Shown here: in pieces, positions 12,497 through 26,426 of the stretch | How positions within the stretch are numbered: the first letter of the stretch is position 1 | Layout: each line of letters begins with the position of its first letter | NCBI GenBank assembly: GCA_029717555.1 | Contig: JAMDHS010000058.1 | Location: 1 to 64,000 of the forward strand | Origin: Peribolospora baueri | Lineage: Eukaryota | DNA: 64,000 nucleotides | Reading direction: 5' to 3' | Notes under the pieces: model-generated | Seen by the model: the letters and a program-made list of their open reading frames with translations, nothing else | What the model was told of the DNA's origin: nothing | The model's database searches: none | Made by a program: the position numbers and the translations under genes

Positions 12497-14257
12497 ATGG
12501 CCAGTTTGAGTAATCGGTCCCGCCCACATCGGACGTACGAGTACACCTCCACCCCGGGCTCGTCGTCTTCCTCTGTGCATCCCTCCTCCCCTGCAAACTC
12601 GGCCAACGCCAGCGACCATTCCACCCTCTCTCCACTTCAGGTGCAAGCGAAAGATAATGTTTTGGTGCGAGGAATTGAGATTGCGGGATGGAGGGTGGAG
12701 AGCTCGAAGGGGAGCATTGGGAATTCGCAGGAGATTGATGGGTGAGCGGTAGACGTAATATGTTTTTCTGTGGCCTGGAATTGGGACGCTGCGACCGTTC
12801 CTTAACCAACCTTCCCTTCCCTTTTTGTCTCTCACGCAGACTATCCGATCTCTTAAAGCTGCCGCCTCCGGAGATGACTTTCCCCAAAACGAATCTCACC
12901 ATCACGCATCTCCGTTCCGGCTTCGCGTACAAGTTCGATGCCCTGGGAGCCCTATTGGATGTGGAGGGTGTGCCTGTCCAGAGTGGAGGGAGGTCAAGGT
13001 CTCGGATGGAAGGAGGAAGCTCTGCGATCAAAGTCAGCTATGCGAAAGAATGGGGGAAGAGCAGGTGGGTGACTAGCCATGACGGGGACACGCTCGTCGC
13101 TCTAGCTTGTGGAGTGCTAATAGGACGTATCTTTGATCATTCCATTGGCTCAACTTGAAGGGAGCTAACTTCTATCGGAGCTTCAGCCTCTTCCCCGTCT
13201 ACAGGATCCAGTAATGCCGCCGGGGTTACCCGTACTTCGCCTGTGCAGCCCGGCCCCAACGCCGTCTCGACATCCGCGTTCTCCCCTACGGCGCCTCCGT
13301 CATCGCGCTTCGGGCCTCAGGTTGTCAACAACGTGGCTACCGTATCTTCTCCGAAGTCCTACGATTGGACTTACACTACCACTCATCCGGGCGCCATTGT
13401 CACCCCGCCTCCCCCACCTCCCCAGCAAGGTTCTTCTGACCCTTTCGAAGACTCTTCGGAAGGCCGACCAGCGCCAGTGAAAATTCCCTCGCAGACGTTC
13501 GAGTTTGTTTTGTCGGCTTCTCACACCATTCCGCTCGACCAATTATCTAAACCGGAACCGATCTTGTTTTACGACGACCTCATGCTCTTCGAGGACGAGT
13601 TGGCGGACAACGGGAGCAGCGCGATCAGTGTCAAAGTGGTATGTCGGCTGATGGAGGACAAACGAGTGTTGGTGGTGAACCATAGTGCGCGTTGCTGATG
13701 GTGTTCGCTCACTTTTTTTGCTCCTGGACAGCGGGTCATGCCATCCTCTTTCTTCATCCTGCAACGCTTCTTCTTGCGCGTGGATAACGTCCTCTTCAGA
13801 GTCTTCGACACGCGCATATATTGCCCTTTCAGCTCGATCGCCTCGGGTGACGTCACGCAGGACGAGCGTATCGAACTGATTCGAGAACGGAGCGGGTGGG
13901 AAGCTCCGTACGACAAGGTCAAGATGGTATGTCTCTTCTCATTTCAACATGAGTCTCGGGGTGCGGTGCTTCTTAACTCCATGTCCTCGTCTGCCCTCGC
14001 TCTTCCGGTTTCAGCGACTTCCGCCGTATAAGCCACACGATCTATCCCCGCTCACAGATTCTGGATGGGTGGCGAACGCGCTCCAGGCTATCGCAGCCAA
14101 GGAGGCGAGGGAACGAGAGAGGCGGAGAAAATTAGACGAAGCATCGGAGCGAGCGGCTCCTGAGAAGGCCAGAGTGGATTCCGGAGCGGAGGAGGCCGGT
14201 GATGGCAAGTGGGAAGGGATCGGTACTCGAGTCGAGGTGCTCGTGCTGGGAGCGTGA
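12497..14257 (+). CDS. TIP41: TIP41-family PP2A regulator (TOR pathway), multi-exon
   Basis: Motifs [15 protein letters not shown] and [57 protein letters not shown] are characteristic of TIP41/TIPRL. Exons join in frame at GT-AG introns. Confidence 0.92.
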
Positions 14258-14477
14258 GATGCGTTTCGTGTTGTAGTAGTCACATGGAAGACGGGTTGTG
14301 CCTCTTCTTTCTCTGTCCCCCATGCCTATCTTTCGCTGTCTGCACCAAGGAGAGTTGACGAGGACGCGTGGACGGAACGCATGGCGCGCTTCGGCGAATT
14401 TATTTCGACGTCGCGTTCGAGGGCTTGCTTTTGCTTCTCCACTTCCATCCAACGTCCTTCAAAGCCGCTTTCCCGAC

Positions 14478-17400
14478 ATGCCTTTGCCTTCCGGCGTACG
14501 CTTTGTGAGCCTGCATGCGCCTATCTATCTACCTGCCGTTTGTAAACCATGTCAACCAAACCCCGCTTACGAGTTTTCGAACTTGTGCTTGTCAGCAAAC
14601 CGCATCTCCCTCGACAGAAAGACACAGGAGCACACCAGAAGCAGAGCCCGGTGCCCCCTTCTCTCAACAAGAAAGTGAAGAAGACGACCCTGACGATGAC
14701 GATGACAACATTGTTGGCGACGCCCGCATCGTCTTGTCATTCATGGCCAAGCTCTCCAAGCTCGGTTGTGCAGCTTACGACGCAGCGACTAGCAAGCTCT
14801 ATCTTATGGAGGATCAATTCGACAATCCTGTGGCGGGGCTTGAGAGCCACGGTCCGTCTGCGAGCCCTGATCCGGACGAGGAAAACGAAGCTGCAGACAA
14901 CGGCGAACATGGGCGTGGCGGGGATCTGATTGCCCTGCGTGAGTTGCGGAAGGGCTCTGAAGAAATCAAGCGCATATATCTACCACTAAGGACGTCTCTG
15001 AACAAAGCTACTCCCATTCAATCGTCACAGTCATCAATCAATTTAGTCCGGACCTCGTCTTGACGAGCTCCCAATGCGTAGGCGCTCAGAGGATCATCAA
15101 GCGGGAAAGTGCGCTTCTCTGCCTGTCGACAAGGGGTGTGTGTGAGAGTTTTCGGCCCACATGACGCTCATTGTGTTCTCACTACTAGTGATCAAAATTG
15201 GAGGCAGTTTCCAGATACGCCCCGGTCGAGAGTTCACCACCACGTCCGGCCGTACCCGTCTGCATCAACTCCATCTCCCGACCTTTTTCTCATCTTATCC
15301 TGGCTCGGAGACGGATGTGGAGGACACCAGGTCGCATGCAAGCACGACCTTCACTGGCCGCGCCTTGTCGCGGGTGTCTTCCTCGCGAGACCACGATCAA
15401 GACGACCAGAAAATTCGAAGGACTGCGCTTCAAGTCGCCAGCCTGGTCGACCTGGACAAGGCTCCACTTTCGGTCAGTTATGTGGTCATTCCAATTTCAT
15501 CTCGCTCCGCTCCGGGTAACTGAACGCATTCGTTTATCCTGTGCTGCTGTAGGTCATGGCCGCCGGCGGGTTACTGACACACCTTAACCGCGTGGTGGCC
15601 ATTAGGGCGATACCGGGTGACGAGCCGACGATCGCTATCCAAAGCATCGAAATGATTTCAATGTGCGTGCACCGGACTCTATAGTACGACCGCGTCGACT
15701 AATCCATTTGTCACTCATCGCTGGATGAATGCAGGAGCGAAATCATGCAGGTCAACAGCGATGCAATGGTGTCCCTCGCTGTATTCGAAGACGAATCGCA
15801 TGCTTCTTTGCACTCGAAGCGCACCAAAGAGGGCCTGTCGCTCTTTGGCATATTCAATACCGCGCGGACGCCGCTCGGTCGCTCCTTGCTGCGTCGATGG
15901 TTCCTACAGCCTCTTCAGGACCTGGAAGCCATCGGCAATCGACACGACGCTGTAGAGGCTTTCCTGATGTCTGATAATCAAACTTTCACTGGCGACCTGG
16001 CCCACAGCCTCCGTTCGATGAAGAATGTCAACAAAGTGCTCAACAAGCTTAGGCAGAGCACGGCCAAGCTTGCCGATTGGAAGGCGCTGACAAGGGTAGG
16101 TCGACCTTCGGCGGGTGCAACACACCTCTCCTTCTCTTGACCTACGGTCTTCATTCTATACACCACGAACCGAGCAGTTCACCTACCAAGCCATCACGGC
16201 CCGTGCCGCTGTCGCGGGCATGGTTTACATCGGCAACGTCAAATTGCTCCATCAGGTGAGAGATATTTACTGCCGACAGCTACGAGAGCTTGCACCCATG
16301 GTTATTCTGTCTAGGCCCTCGCCAACATTGGCGAGGACATCCTGCAGATAACAGGTGACGCTATCAACAACATCGTAAGTTGCCTTCGCCAAGTCGAACA
16401 TTGGGTTGGCTTCGCTTTTCCTTGTTCATGCTAAGCTGTTTTTTATGTCCTCACAGATCGATTGGGACGATAGGTGTGCCAGATCGGACGCGCGTCTCTC
16501 CCAGAGGATGCTGGCTTACATTATGGCCGTATATGCAGTGCGAATGAGAGACGCATCTGCGTCAAACCTGGCGTTGACCAGCAGCTGGACGAGCTCAAGA
16601 GGACTTACTCCGGACTGGAGAGCCTTCTGGTAAGTTGCAGACACAAGCAGGCTAAGCTTCCAGTGACTTTTCCATGCTCATCCCCACCTCTTTTCAGAAT
16701 AACATCGCAGACAAGATCCGGCAGCAAGTGCCAACGGACCATGCTCGCAGTCTGCAGATTATCTACTTTCCCCAGTTAGGATATCATATCTGTGTGCCGA
16801 AGAAGCAAGAGTGGCAGGACGAAGACGATTTTTATGTCGAGTCATGGGAGTTCAAGTTCGCTTCGACAGATCACGTCTATTACAAGAGTGCGGAGATGCA
16901 TGATGTCGATCGTCACCTAGGAGACTTGCAAGGCCTCATCGCCGATAAAGAGGTCGAAGTGGGTTAGCGGTCCGGAGGATGCTTTCCAGGGCAATGGATA
17001 CGCCATCTGCTAGCTCACTCTGAGCTCTCCGATCCTGTTTAGTTTGTTCATCAGCTGCAACAGTTCATCTTGGAGAGGTCGGGTGCCATCCTACGTGCCG
17101 GCGACGCATGTGCAGAGCTGGACTGGTGAATATTTTCCGGTTTGCCCCACTGCTGATCAGGTGTAAATGAACTCACACTTTGTGTCTCTCCCATGACAGT
17201 TTGCTTTGCCTCGCACAAGCGGCCCACGATTATAACTATAGCCGACCGGACATGACCGAAGAAAATGTTATAAAGATACGGCAAGGACGTCATCCCCTAC
17301 AGGAGCTCTGCGTCGACAGCTTCGTTCGGAACGACACCTTTCTGGTCGGCGGTAGAGGATGTACCAGCGCCGATCCTCCCGTGTCCAGGGCGGACGAGTC

Positions 17401-18652
17401 CACTCTCCGCTCGGATGTTAACGAGGTCGAAAGCGGTACAGAGGAGCAACTTCATCGCCACACATGCAATAGCGTATTCATTGTGACCGGCGCTAACTTT
17501 TGCGGAAAAAGCGTCTACTTGAAGCAAGTTGCTCTAATGGTACTCATGGCTCACATAGGAAGGTGAGTGTTCTTCCTGTCCTCCTCCAATGACGCTGGGG
17601 CCAATCGTCTTCTGTTCTTTACCAGTTTTGTACCCGCAGAGTACGCTTTGATTGGCAGGACGGACAAGAGTGAGTTTGATGAGGCTTACCTGTGTGAGTG
17701 ACCTTCAACAACCAACTCCTCTTGCTCTCTTTTCTTGCTTTAGTTTTCACCCGTGTGCAGACCCGCGAGTCGGTCTCCAAGCTAGGCTCCGCCTTTATGA
17801 TCGACCTGGGTCAGGTCAGTCATGCCCTGCGCAATTGCACCTCGAGGAGCCTCATCCTACTTGACGAGTTCGGCAAGGGTACGGCCGCTAGCGATGGGGC
17901 TGGTTTGCTAGTTGGTACGATCAAACACCTTTTGGCGCGGGGCGAAGACTGTCCGAAGACGCTCATAGCCACTCACTTCCACGGTGAGTTGTTGGATCAG
18001 CAAGGTACCCGATAAACGAGCTTGCTAATGATTTCGTCTTCTCTCATTACGACGGCGTCCCTCCAGAGATTTTCTCAAGCAGCATTCTACCAAGTTCGCT
18101 GCCCATCGACTTTGCCCACATGGAGATCTTTGTCGACGTGGCCATGTCCGACGTGGCGTCCGAGGACCGTTCGAGGGCCCAGATTACATACCTTCACAAG
18201 TGAACGTCCTTGTCTTCTGCCCTTTGCTGTCCTTCATTGCTTTATCGGATGCTGAGCCCTCGTCGTCTCTTCTCTTTAGGCTGGCAACTGGCCTTTCCAG
18301 CTCTTCGCACGCCGCCCAATGTGCTTTGCGCTTTGGAATGCCGCTTCACGTCGTGGAGCGTGCGGAACAAGTGACAGATCTTGTCTCGCGTCACGAGCTT
18401 GACTTGCTTCGTCTGCAGCAAGAGGCGCTGGACGGTACGCAGAGGAGCGAGCTGGAAGATGCGGAGCAGGTGTGCCGAAGGTTCGTGGAGTGGGACCTGC
18501 CAGCGCCGGAAGAAGAGTGGAAGGGCGAGGAAGGAAGCGGGAGGGAACGACTGGCAGCTGTGTTGGGGTTTGAACAGCTTCCAGCGACCGATGAGGAGGG
18601 CCTTGCGCACAGTGTTTCTGGCTCCTCACGTGTAGAATCGCAAAAGAACTGA
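14478..18652 (+). CDS. MSH5: Meiotic MutS homolog 5 (many exons)
   Basis: Walker A [92 protein letters not shown]. The TRESVS/SAFMIDL and IPQLG(F/Y)-type signatures indicate MSH5. The exact start exon is less certain. Confidence 0.9.
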
Positions 18653-18767
18653 TTTCGTCATTTCTTTCGTCATTCCACATCTTCGTCTCCATACCGTGTA
18701 TTCCTGAACGCTACATGCTGCGGATCTCTTCCAATGATTGCGCGTCTACTTCGGAGCTCCGACACGT

Positions 18768-21096
18768 CTAATGAGCCAGGAGAGACTTTCCGGTCATCTC
18801 CTCAGGCTTGTCCAGGCCCATAATATCCAGCAATGTAGGGGCGACGTCGCACAGGGCACCTTGCTCGTTGCCCATCTCAATGCCGCTGTCCTTGGGCACG
18901 TTGGCGAGGATGAAGGGGACCGGGTTGGTCGTGTGCGCTATGATTGTTGGTGAACAAAAGGACAAGGAAGCTAAGCATCTTCTCTGCGTCGACTGGGACA
19001 CAGCTCGACCCCGAATCTGTTGGGCCAGGCGAACGAACAGGAACACGCACCAGTGAAAGGCTTGCCGTTCTCATCGATCATCTTCTCGGCATTGCCGTGG
19101 TCGGCTGTGATGGCGAGGACGTACCCGTTCCTCTTGGCTGCCTCGTACACGGTCTTGACGGCCTTGTCGGTCGCAGTGACCGCCTTAACGGCCGCCTCGT
19201 AGTTGCCGGTGTGGCCGACCATCTACACACGCGGGGACAAGAAGAGAACACGAGCGCAAGAGAAGACAGTTTGACGTCAGTCCGTTGACTGGAACTCTTG
19301 ATTCGACTTCATGGGAGAGAGGAATGCACGCACGTCCGGGGGAGCAAAGTTGAGCATAGCAAAGGGTGCCTTGCCTTCATCAAGAACCTCGGCCATTTTG
19401 TCCGCCACGCCCTGTGCAGACATCTCGGGCTGTTTGTCGTAGGTCGGCACCCTGGGCGAAGGGATCATGTGGCGCTCCTCGCCGTCAAACTGCTTCTCCA
19501 CACCACCGTTGAAGAAGAAGGTCACGTGGGCGTACTTCTCCGTCTCTGAGTGAGATGAGTACAAATCATTGTGTAAAATCAGATGCCGTCTAAGCTGTCC
19601 TTGATGGTCTTGTGCGACTCACCAGCAATATGAACCTGCTTGACGCCCTTGACAGAGAGCCACTCGGCCAGGACGTTCTTCATGCCTTGCGGCGGAAAGG
19701 CCATGGGGAAGGGGAACTCGGCGTTGTAGCGGGACATGGTGGTGATGTGCTGATAGGTGCGATCACGAAGACGGAATGGACGTGAGTAGATGAAACGGTC
19801 AGAGGATGGCAAGTAGGGTCTTACCAGGTTCTTGGGGATGGTAACCTCCATCGGCTTGTCTTCCAATCCAAAGACAGCACAGATCTCGCGCATCCGGTCC
19901 GAACGGTAGTTGAAGAAGAAAAGAGTATCGTTGTCTGCGATAGTGGCAAAGCAGCACACGTTCTCAGCGCCGTATTCGGGACAGATGCCCTCCAGTAACG
20001 TCCAATAAAACAACTCACCCTTGATCCTGCTGTCGTCGCCGCTGACGATGATAGGCTTCAAGAACTCGTCCGTCTCGCCGTTGTTGTACCTCTCCTCGAT
20101 CTTGGCCACAAGATCATCTGGCTTGTCGACCTTCTCGCCCTGGCCCTGGACGAGACCATCGACGGCGACCTTGACCCTCTCCCAGCGCTTGTCGCGGTCC
20201 ATGGCATAATAGCGGCCGACCACAGTGGAAACCTTTCCGACGCCGATCTCCTTCGTCTTCTGCAGCAGCTCTTTCATATAGCCGGCAGAGCTCTTGGGCG
20301 CAGTGTCTCGGCCGTCGCCGAAGAAGTGGACGTAGACCTCCGAGAGACCCTGCTCCTTCGCGGTCTCGAGAAGGGCATAAAGATGGGTAATGTGAGAGTG
20401 GACGCCACCATCGGATACGAGGCCGAGCAAGTGAAGGCGGCCGCCGGAGGACTTCTTGGCATGCTCGATGCTCTCCAGGATCTTATCGTTCTTATGGAAC
20501 TCCCTCGTCTTGATCGACTGGTTAATGCGGACAATGTCCTGCCACACCACGCGACCAGCGCCCGCGTTCAAATGGCTATAACAGAGGACGAAAGGTCGAA
20601 CGCAGGAAAGAGATGAGCGCGAGCACGGTCACAGCCTCGCGTGAAACCGATCTCCATTCGAATGACGGGGAAAGGTCACGGCTCACCCGACTTCAGAGTT
20701 GCCCATGAGTCCGTCACTGAGACCGACAGCAAGACCATGGGCCTCGATCAACGTGGAGGGATAGTCCTTGGCCAAGGTGTCCATTGTCGTGGAGTTCGCG
20801 GCCTGGCGAGTGTACGGTCCGAAAAGCGGCGATGCGGTGAGCACTGTTCTTCAACCATACCAGCTAGAAAGAGGCAAAGTACTCGAACACCCACTTCGAT
20901 CGCATCTCCCTTCTGACCCTTCTGGCGGGCCACGCCCCAGCCATCGTGCACGATAAGGCAGACCTGGTGAGAAATGATTAGAGATAAAGAAAGAGGGAAC
21001 TTTGCGTAAGCTGCATTCCCACGAGCACGTCCAAAGGAGCCCCACGAAGGAGACCCTCGTGCGTTTCCCCCCCACCTTGTTCTTGATGTTGGCCAT
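18768..21096 (-). CDS. gpmI: 2,3-bisphosphoglycerate-independent phosphoglycerate mutase (iPGM), multi-exon
   Basis: [88 protein letters not shown]. Confidence 0.96.
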
Positions 21097-21310
21097 TCTA
21101 TGCAACTTTACAGTAGACGTAACGAGGTCCGAGCGACAACGAGTGAAGGTGGGCAGCCAATATGAGGCACGTTCAAGGGCCTCGCAGTGGTTCTTCTTTC
21201 GACTGCGGTCAATTCGGATCTGAGCACGTGGCCGACCGATCGATCGGAGTTCATACGACTCGGGCGCGACCATCGCACCCAAAAACACAACAACACCGCC
21301 CACCGTCCTA
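21097..21310. promoter_or_regulatory. Short bidirectional promoter region shared by iPGM and the pol delta subunit 4 gene
   Basis: 214 bp between divergent ATGs. Contains CACGTG (21225-21230) and the palindrome CCGATCGATCGG (21236-21247). Confidence 0.6.
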
Positions 21311-22447
21311 ATGGCTCCAAAACGATCCAGCTCCTCCGTATCCACCGGCCCCGCCCCTGCCGCGAAGCGGCGGTCTTCGGCGCAGACCAAGCTCTCCTTT
21401 GTCGCGACCAAGCCGGGTGCTGCGCCCGCGAGCAAGAAGGCCAAGCTCACTCGGTCTGTCCCTGACAAGCGAGAAGATGAGCTCGAAGTGAAGACGCAGA
21501 AGCGGGACATTTCTGAGGAGGAGGGGAAGGAAGAGACGGAAGAAGAGAATAGGAGGAAGGAGGAAGAGCGGGAGATTAGGGCGCGGGAGGAGGAGGAGAG
21601 GAGGAGGAAGGAGGCAGAGGAGAGGGAGAGGGAGGCGAGTAGGAAGACGCTGGACGTGGACGACCCTGCCTATGACAGGGCCTATGAGGAGGTGAAGATT
21701 AAGATGGGAAATGCTGGGAAGCAACCAATTAAACCTAGTGAGTCGGGTAGTTTCTGTGTTTTTACCGTTAGCAGGAAAGAGAGGGTGGATGGAAAGAAAA
21801 CTCTCTTCGTCGATCTCGAGGATGGGCTGAGATTCTCTCGTTGGAGATCTCAATCCTTTTCTGATTCTTTTTCTTTCCTTGCCATAATCTCTTCTGCCTT
21901 CCTTCTTTCCAATGATGCACCTGACTGTTCAACCGATGTCGTATTTCCAACGATGACTCGCCCATAGTCCACGCAAAGGACCTTAACCGCATCCACCACA
22001 TCTTGCGAGTGTTCGATCTGGATATGAAGTGCGTCAACTTTTTGTTGCGTTATTCTTCGTTGCTGTGTACGCCCGCTTTGGCGTGGCTCATGCTTCAGTC
22101 GAGTTGTACGCTGACTTTGTTTCTTCCTCCCTCGTGCAACTTGACGTTGCCGCAGCTATGGCCCGGCAGTGGGACTCTCTAGGCTTCAGCGATGGGAGAG
22201 AGCGAAGAACATGGGCTTGGATCCCCCAGAGGAGGTGCGTGCGAGATGGCTTTCTTTGTCCATGTTCTACGTCTCAAACCTGCGTGTGCATGTCCCTTCG
22301 TATCTCATTTCGCTCCTGGTTGCCCTCCTGGTTGCCCTGGCCCTCCTCCTTGCCTGGCGCTTTGGACAGGTCAAGCACATCTTGGAGACGCGCGAGGGCA
22401 TTAAAAAGACAGAGTATGCCCAACCCATCTTTCACGGAGAGGTGTGA
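21311..22447 (+). CDS. POLD4: DNA polymerase delta subunit 4 (p12/Cdm1), 4 exons
   Basis: N-terminal PIP-like QTKLSF; spliced C-terminus HHILRVFDLDMNYGPAVGLSRLQRWERAKNMGLDPPEEVKHIL matches the pol delta-4 signature. Confidence 0.9.
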
Positions 22448-23814
22448 AAGCCATCTTTCCCAAGGTGTGCAGCCGCTCCTTCGGGTTTCCCGCTTCCTCG
22501 GCCAGGGCGCTTGATAGGGATCCCTCCTGCTCTTCTATGCAGCTGCTGTCGTCAGTTCCTTTCATCTGCTTTCATCTGCTTTGCAACTTCGTTCTGGACG
22601 GCGTCGTCTGCGGCAGCGTGCTATCTCGCACCGTGCTTGTGCCCACAAGTCGGCTTTGTCACCGGAGGAGCGTGAAGATGGGAAGAGACAGCCAACGAAA
22701 CAGGCGTGCCAGCTGTGTCTTAAGAGACATCGGTTCGAGGCAGCGAGGGGGTAGAGATAAACGGCGATTTGGATATACGTCACATTGACATGCATTCCCG
22801 GTTGAAGATAAAGCAGGAGAAGTACCCGTATGTACTCCTTCCTACTCCGGGAGAGCATCGCAATATTCGCTTTCTAGTATGGGAGTTACGTCGCTCCACC
22901 TGTCTCGGGCCGGCGGCAGGGGGCACAAGGACAAAGACCCGCGCGGCTCCACCTTACCGGCGGCTGAGCTCGCTCCGGTTCGTGTTGAGCCGGAGCGAGC
23001 GGGGTTGGAGTGTTCTCGCTGTACAGTATCTCAAAGATGCGAGTTGCTGGTGCCGGAATCTCGACATGCTGCCGTTCTAATGCATCGACCTATGTCGGGG
23101 ACGACGGCGCGGCAGTGCACGTCGGTGTCGCTGGCCGATGGATGGTCAGATGGTCGGACGGATCGGCGTCGTGGTGCGAGGTTTATCCGCTAAGATAGCG
23201 CCCGCCGTCGATGCTCACCTGACGCATGTAGTTCGTTGACCGTCTCCCGTCTCGTTCTTGCTACTCTGGCTAGCTATCTTCGTCCCTGTTCGCCAGCTCC
23301 ATTTTCGCCGTAACCTGCTCGACGCTCACACGTGCGTGCGCCCTCCGTTCCACTCAATCATGAGTCCCAAGCCACTCGGCATCGACCGTGTACCGCCAGA
23401 ACGAGGGCCGGGAGATTAGATAGAACGTGCTGTTGGGACAGTATGTTCTCGTTCGCAGAGCAAACGTCTGAACTAATCTCGCCAGTCCCGCTCGCTGGTC
23501 TCCGTTCTTGGAGCGCTAAGTGGCTACAGCACCTACCTACTCGACCAACCTGACTTCGTTCCGACAGGGGCGGTAGGCGTGGCATGGACACGGCGACGGA
23601 CGCAGGTGGGAGCCGCACTCGCTCGCCGTCCTCTCCTTTCACATCTTCACGATCATAGCCCAAGGAGGAAGGAGGAAGAGGTGGAGCCCGTATCTGTCCC
23701 ACATACAAAAAGGGTTCCCTTCCATCTCTTCACCTCCTCCTTCCTCACCACCTTCCGCCTACACCTCCCACTTCCTTCCCTCCTCTTCCTACCATCCAAG
23801 TGAAGGCGGCAACC

Positions 23815-25726
23815 ATGTCCCCCGTCGCCCGCTCGGTCGCCCTTGTGGCGGTCGCCCTCCTTCTGGCCGCCTCGTCGTCCCCCTTCTCCACCAACGCTGC
23901 CCCCGTGTTCCCCGGCTTCGCCCTCAATAGCCGCGGCGACATCGTTTCCGTGGAGAGGGACTCGTCGTGCGCCAACGCGCCGCAGAGTTGCTCCAGCAGC
24001 TCGGTGTCTGTGAGTTTCGTTCGGATTCAGCTTCTTGGCCAAGGGCAGCGAGGCGATCATATGCGCTGAGGGAGGGAGGGGTGGGGGGTGCGCAGAGGCG
24101 GCTGAGAGTGTAGAAGGGCGTGTGGCGTATGTGCGTCAATGAGGTAGCCGAGCGCACAACGTCCGGCTAAGGGGCTTACGTTTGGATTCGAAAAGAGCGG
24201 TTTCAGGGATCGCGGCGTGCCCTTGCGGCCATTCTATGATGTCACGGCGTGGAATATTCTCAGCAGAGTCCTTGGGTAATCTGGTGGACGCTCGTCGCCG
24301 TACGCCGCTGTGCCTTCGGATCACGACGAGGGGAAGGACTGCAAAAAGGCGGCGCTGGTTGGCTGCGTCCTCGAGAAACCATTTCGCATGACGGGGGATG
24401 CTTCTGTGACAATGCGTCCGATGCCTAACCCTTTTCCCGGTTCTCCCCTCTTTCCTTTCACAAAGGACACCTGCTGCACCAACTCGCCCGGCGGCCTGCT
24501 GCTTCAGGTCCAGTTCTGGGACACCAACCCCGTCACCGGTCCGAGTGACTCGTGGACTATCGTACGTTTCCTTATTCGTCTTGGCCTCCTTCCTCCCTTG
24601 AGCCTGACTGTCCTGATCATAATTCTTTCGTCGTGGCCTCTTTGCTTTTGCCGCTCAGCACGGCCTTTGGCCCGACAAGTAAGTTGAGCGTCTTCCCATC
24701 GCACTTTGCTGTGCATGCCTAAATTTGCCCTTTTCTTCTGCTGCCTTCGACAGCTGCGATGGGACCTACGGCAGCTCCTGCGATCCTAGCAGGAAGTACA
24801 GCAACATCACCCAGATCCTGGACGCCGCCGGCCAGTCCGACTTGGTCAAGTACATGAACACGGTGAGTGGTGATCTCTTGCCTTGTAACCGCGATGTACA
24901 GTAACGAAGAGGAGGCCCTCGCTGACCGGTCTCCGATTTTCCAAATGTCGACAACAGTACTGGGTCTCCAATGACGAGTCTCCCGAAGCTTTCTGGGAGC
25001 ATGGTGAGTGACCCCTATTTCTATGGTGCTCAAACCGCCTCCTTTCCTCCACAGGCGTGCGATCCTGATGGTTTCATTCGTCTTTTAGAATGGAGCACGC
25101 ACGGTACCTGCGTCTCGACGTTGGACCCCAGCTGCTACACGAACTACCAGCCGCAAGAGGAGGTCGTCCAGTTCTTCAACACCACCGTCAGCCTCTTCCA
25201 GAGTCTGCCTACCCACACCTGGCTCGCCGATGCCGGCGTCACCCCAAGCGATTCTACCACGTACTCGCTCCAGCAGCTCAATGATGCCGTGAGCAAGAAC
25301 ACTGGTCACGCCGCTAGCTGGCAGTGCAAGAGCAACACGCTTTAGTGAGTCAGGAAAACGAGGGATGGGAGCCATCTGACTGTCGTCGCGGAGAGCGTGA
25401 AGATGCTGACCATTATCCCTTCTCCTTGGACGTTCCGCGCTGGCAGCCAAGTCCAGTACTATTACAACACCGTGGGCCAATCCAACAACGTCGGCGCATT
25501 CGTTCCCGTGGACCCGATCAGCTCGGACACCAACTGCCCCAGCTCGGGCATCCAGTACCGTGAGTCGCCGGGCCCCGGTGTGACGGGGGTCAAAGATGGA
25601 TCATTGTCGGCTTGTCGTCCTTGCTCTCGCTCAATCAAGCCTCCGTTCCCCTCACGATCTTTGTCTTCATTCACATTCACAGCCACCAAGACCGGCGGCT
25701 CCTCTGGCGGCAATGGCGGCCGGTAA
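23815..25726 (+). CDS. Secreted ribonuclease T2 (RNase Rh-like), multi-exon
   Basis: Signal peptide; DTCCTNSPGGLLLQVQFWD; CAS I WTIHGLWPDNCDG; CAS II FWEHEWSTHGTCVSTL; conserved Cys pattern ending CPSSGIQY. Confidence 0.93.
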
Positions 25727-26426
25727 TTAGCCCAGGATGGAAACGCTCAGAGGACAGGTCACGGGCGGCGGCGGCGCTAACTAAACCGCCAAGTGCATAA
25801 GCAGTCGCTAGCATTCGGAAGGTGATTCTGCCTTCTCCTTTAGTCTGCCTTCTCTTGTGCCGAGGTCTGCCCTCCTCGCACCTACCTCCCTCCTTCTCTC
25901 TTTTCTTCTCTTACGCATTTCCGGACGATTTGCCTGATATCGTCCGGAAACTCTTGTGCGCTTTTTGTTATGCAACCCTTCTGGCCGGCGGCTGAATCCG
26001 CTCTGCTAGGCGCGACTGTGGAATGAAACATGAATGGATGATCTTCGCCGTCGATCTCGGGTGTGGCATACAGAGTGGAGAGAAGTGCCGTTGGAGAGCC
26101 GAGCGCCAAAGGCGCTTGTCCATATCTATCTATCCTTACATGCGACTGGGAGCATTACAGTGGTGGGTTGCGCTCGGGGGACCGTCTGGGTTGGCTGCGG
26201 AAGTAGACGGCATGAAGCGCTCGAAGGACGTCGACGGCCGACGACGCTGCGAAGATTGGACGAGGCATTTGCCCGTGCCGCCCATCCTTATCCCTGCCCT
26301 TCACCTCTCCTCCTCGTCATTACTATCACTGCCCCCATCGCCCTCTCTACCACAAGCCCATCGAAAGCCATCGATCTCTCCGGGCGCCCGCGCGCTTGCC
26401 CCTGCCCTGACTCTCACCCCGCCCTC

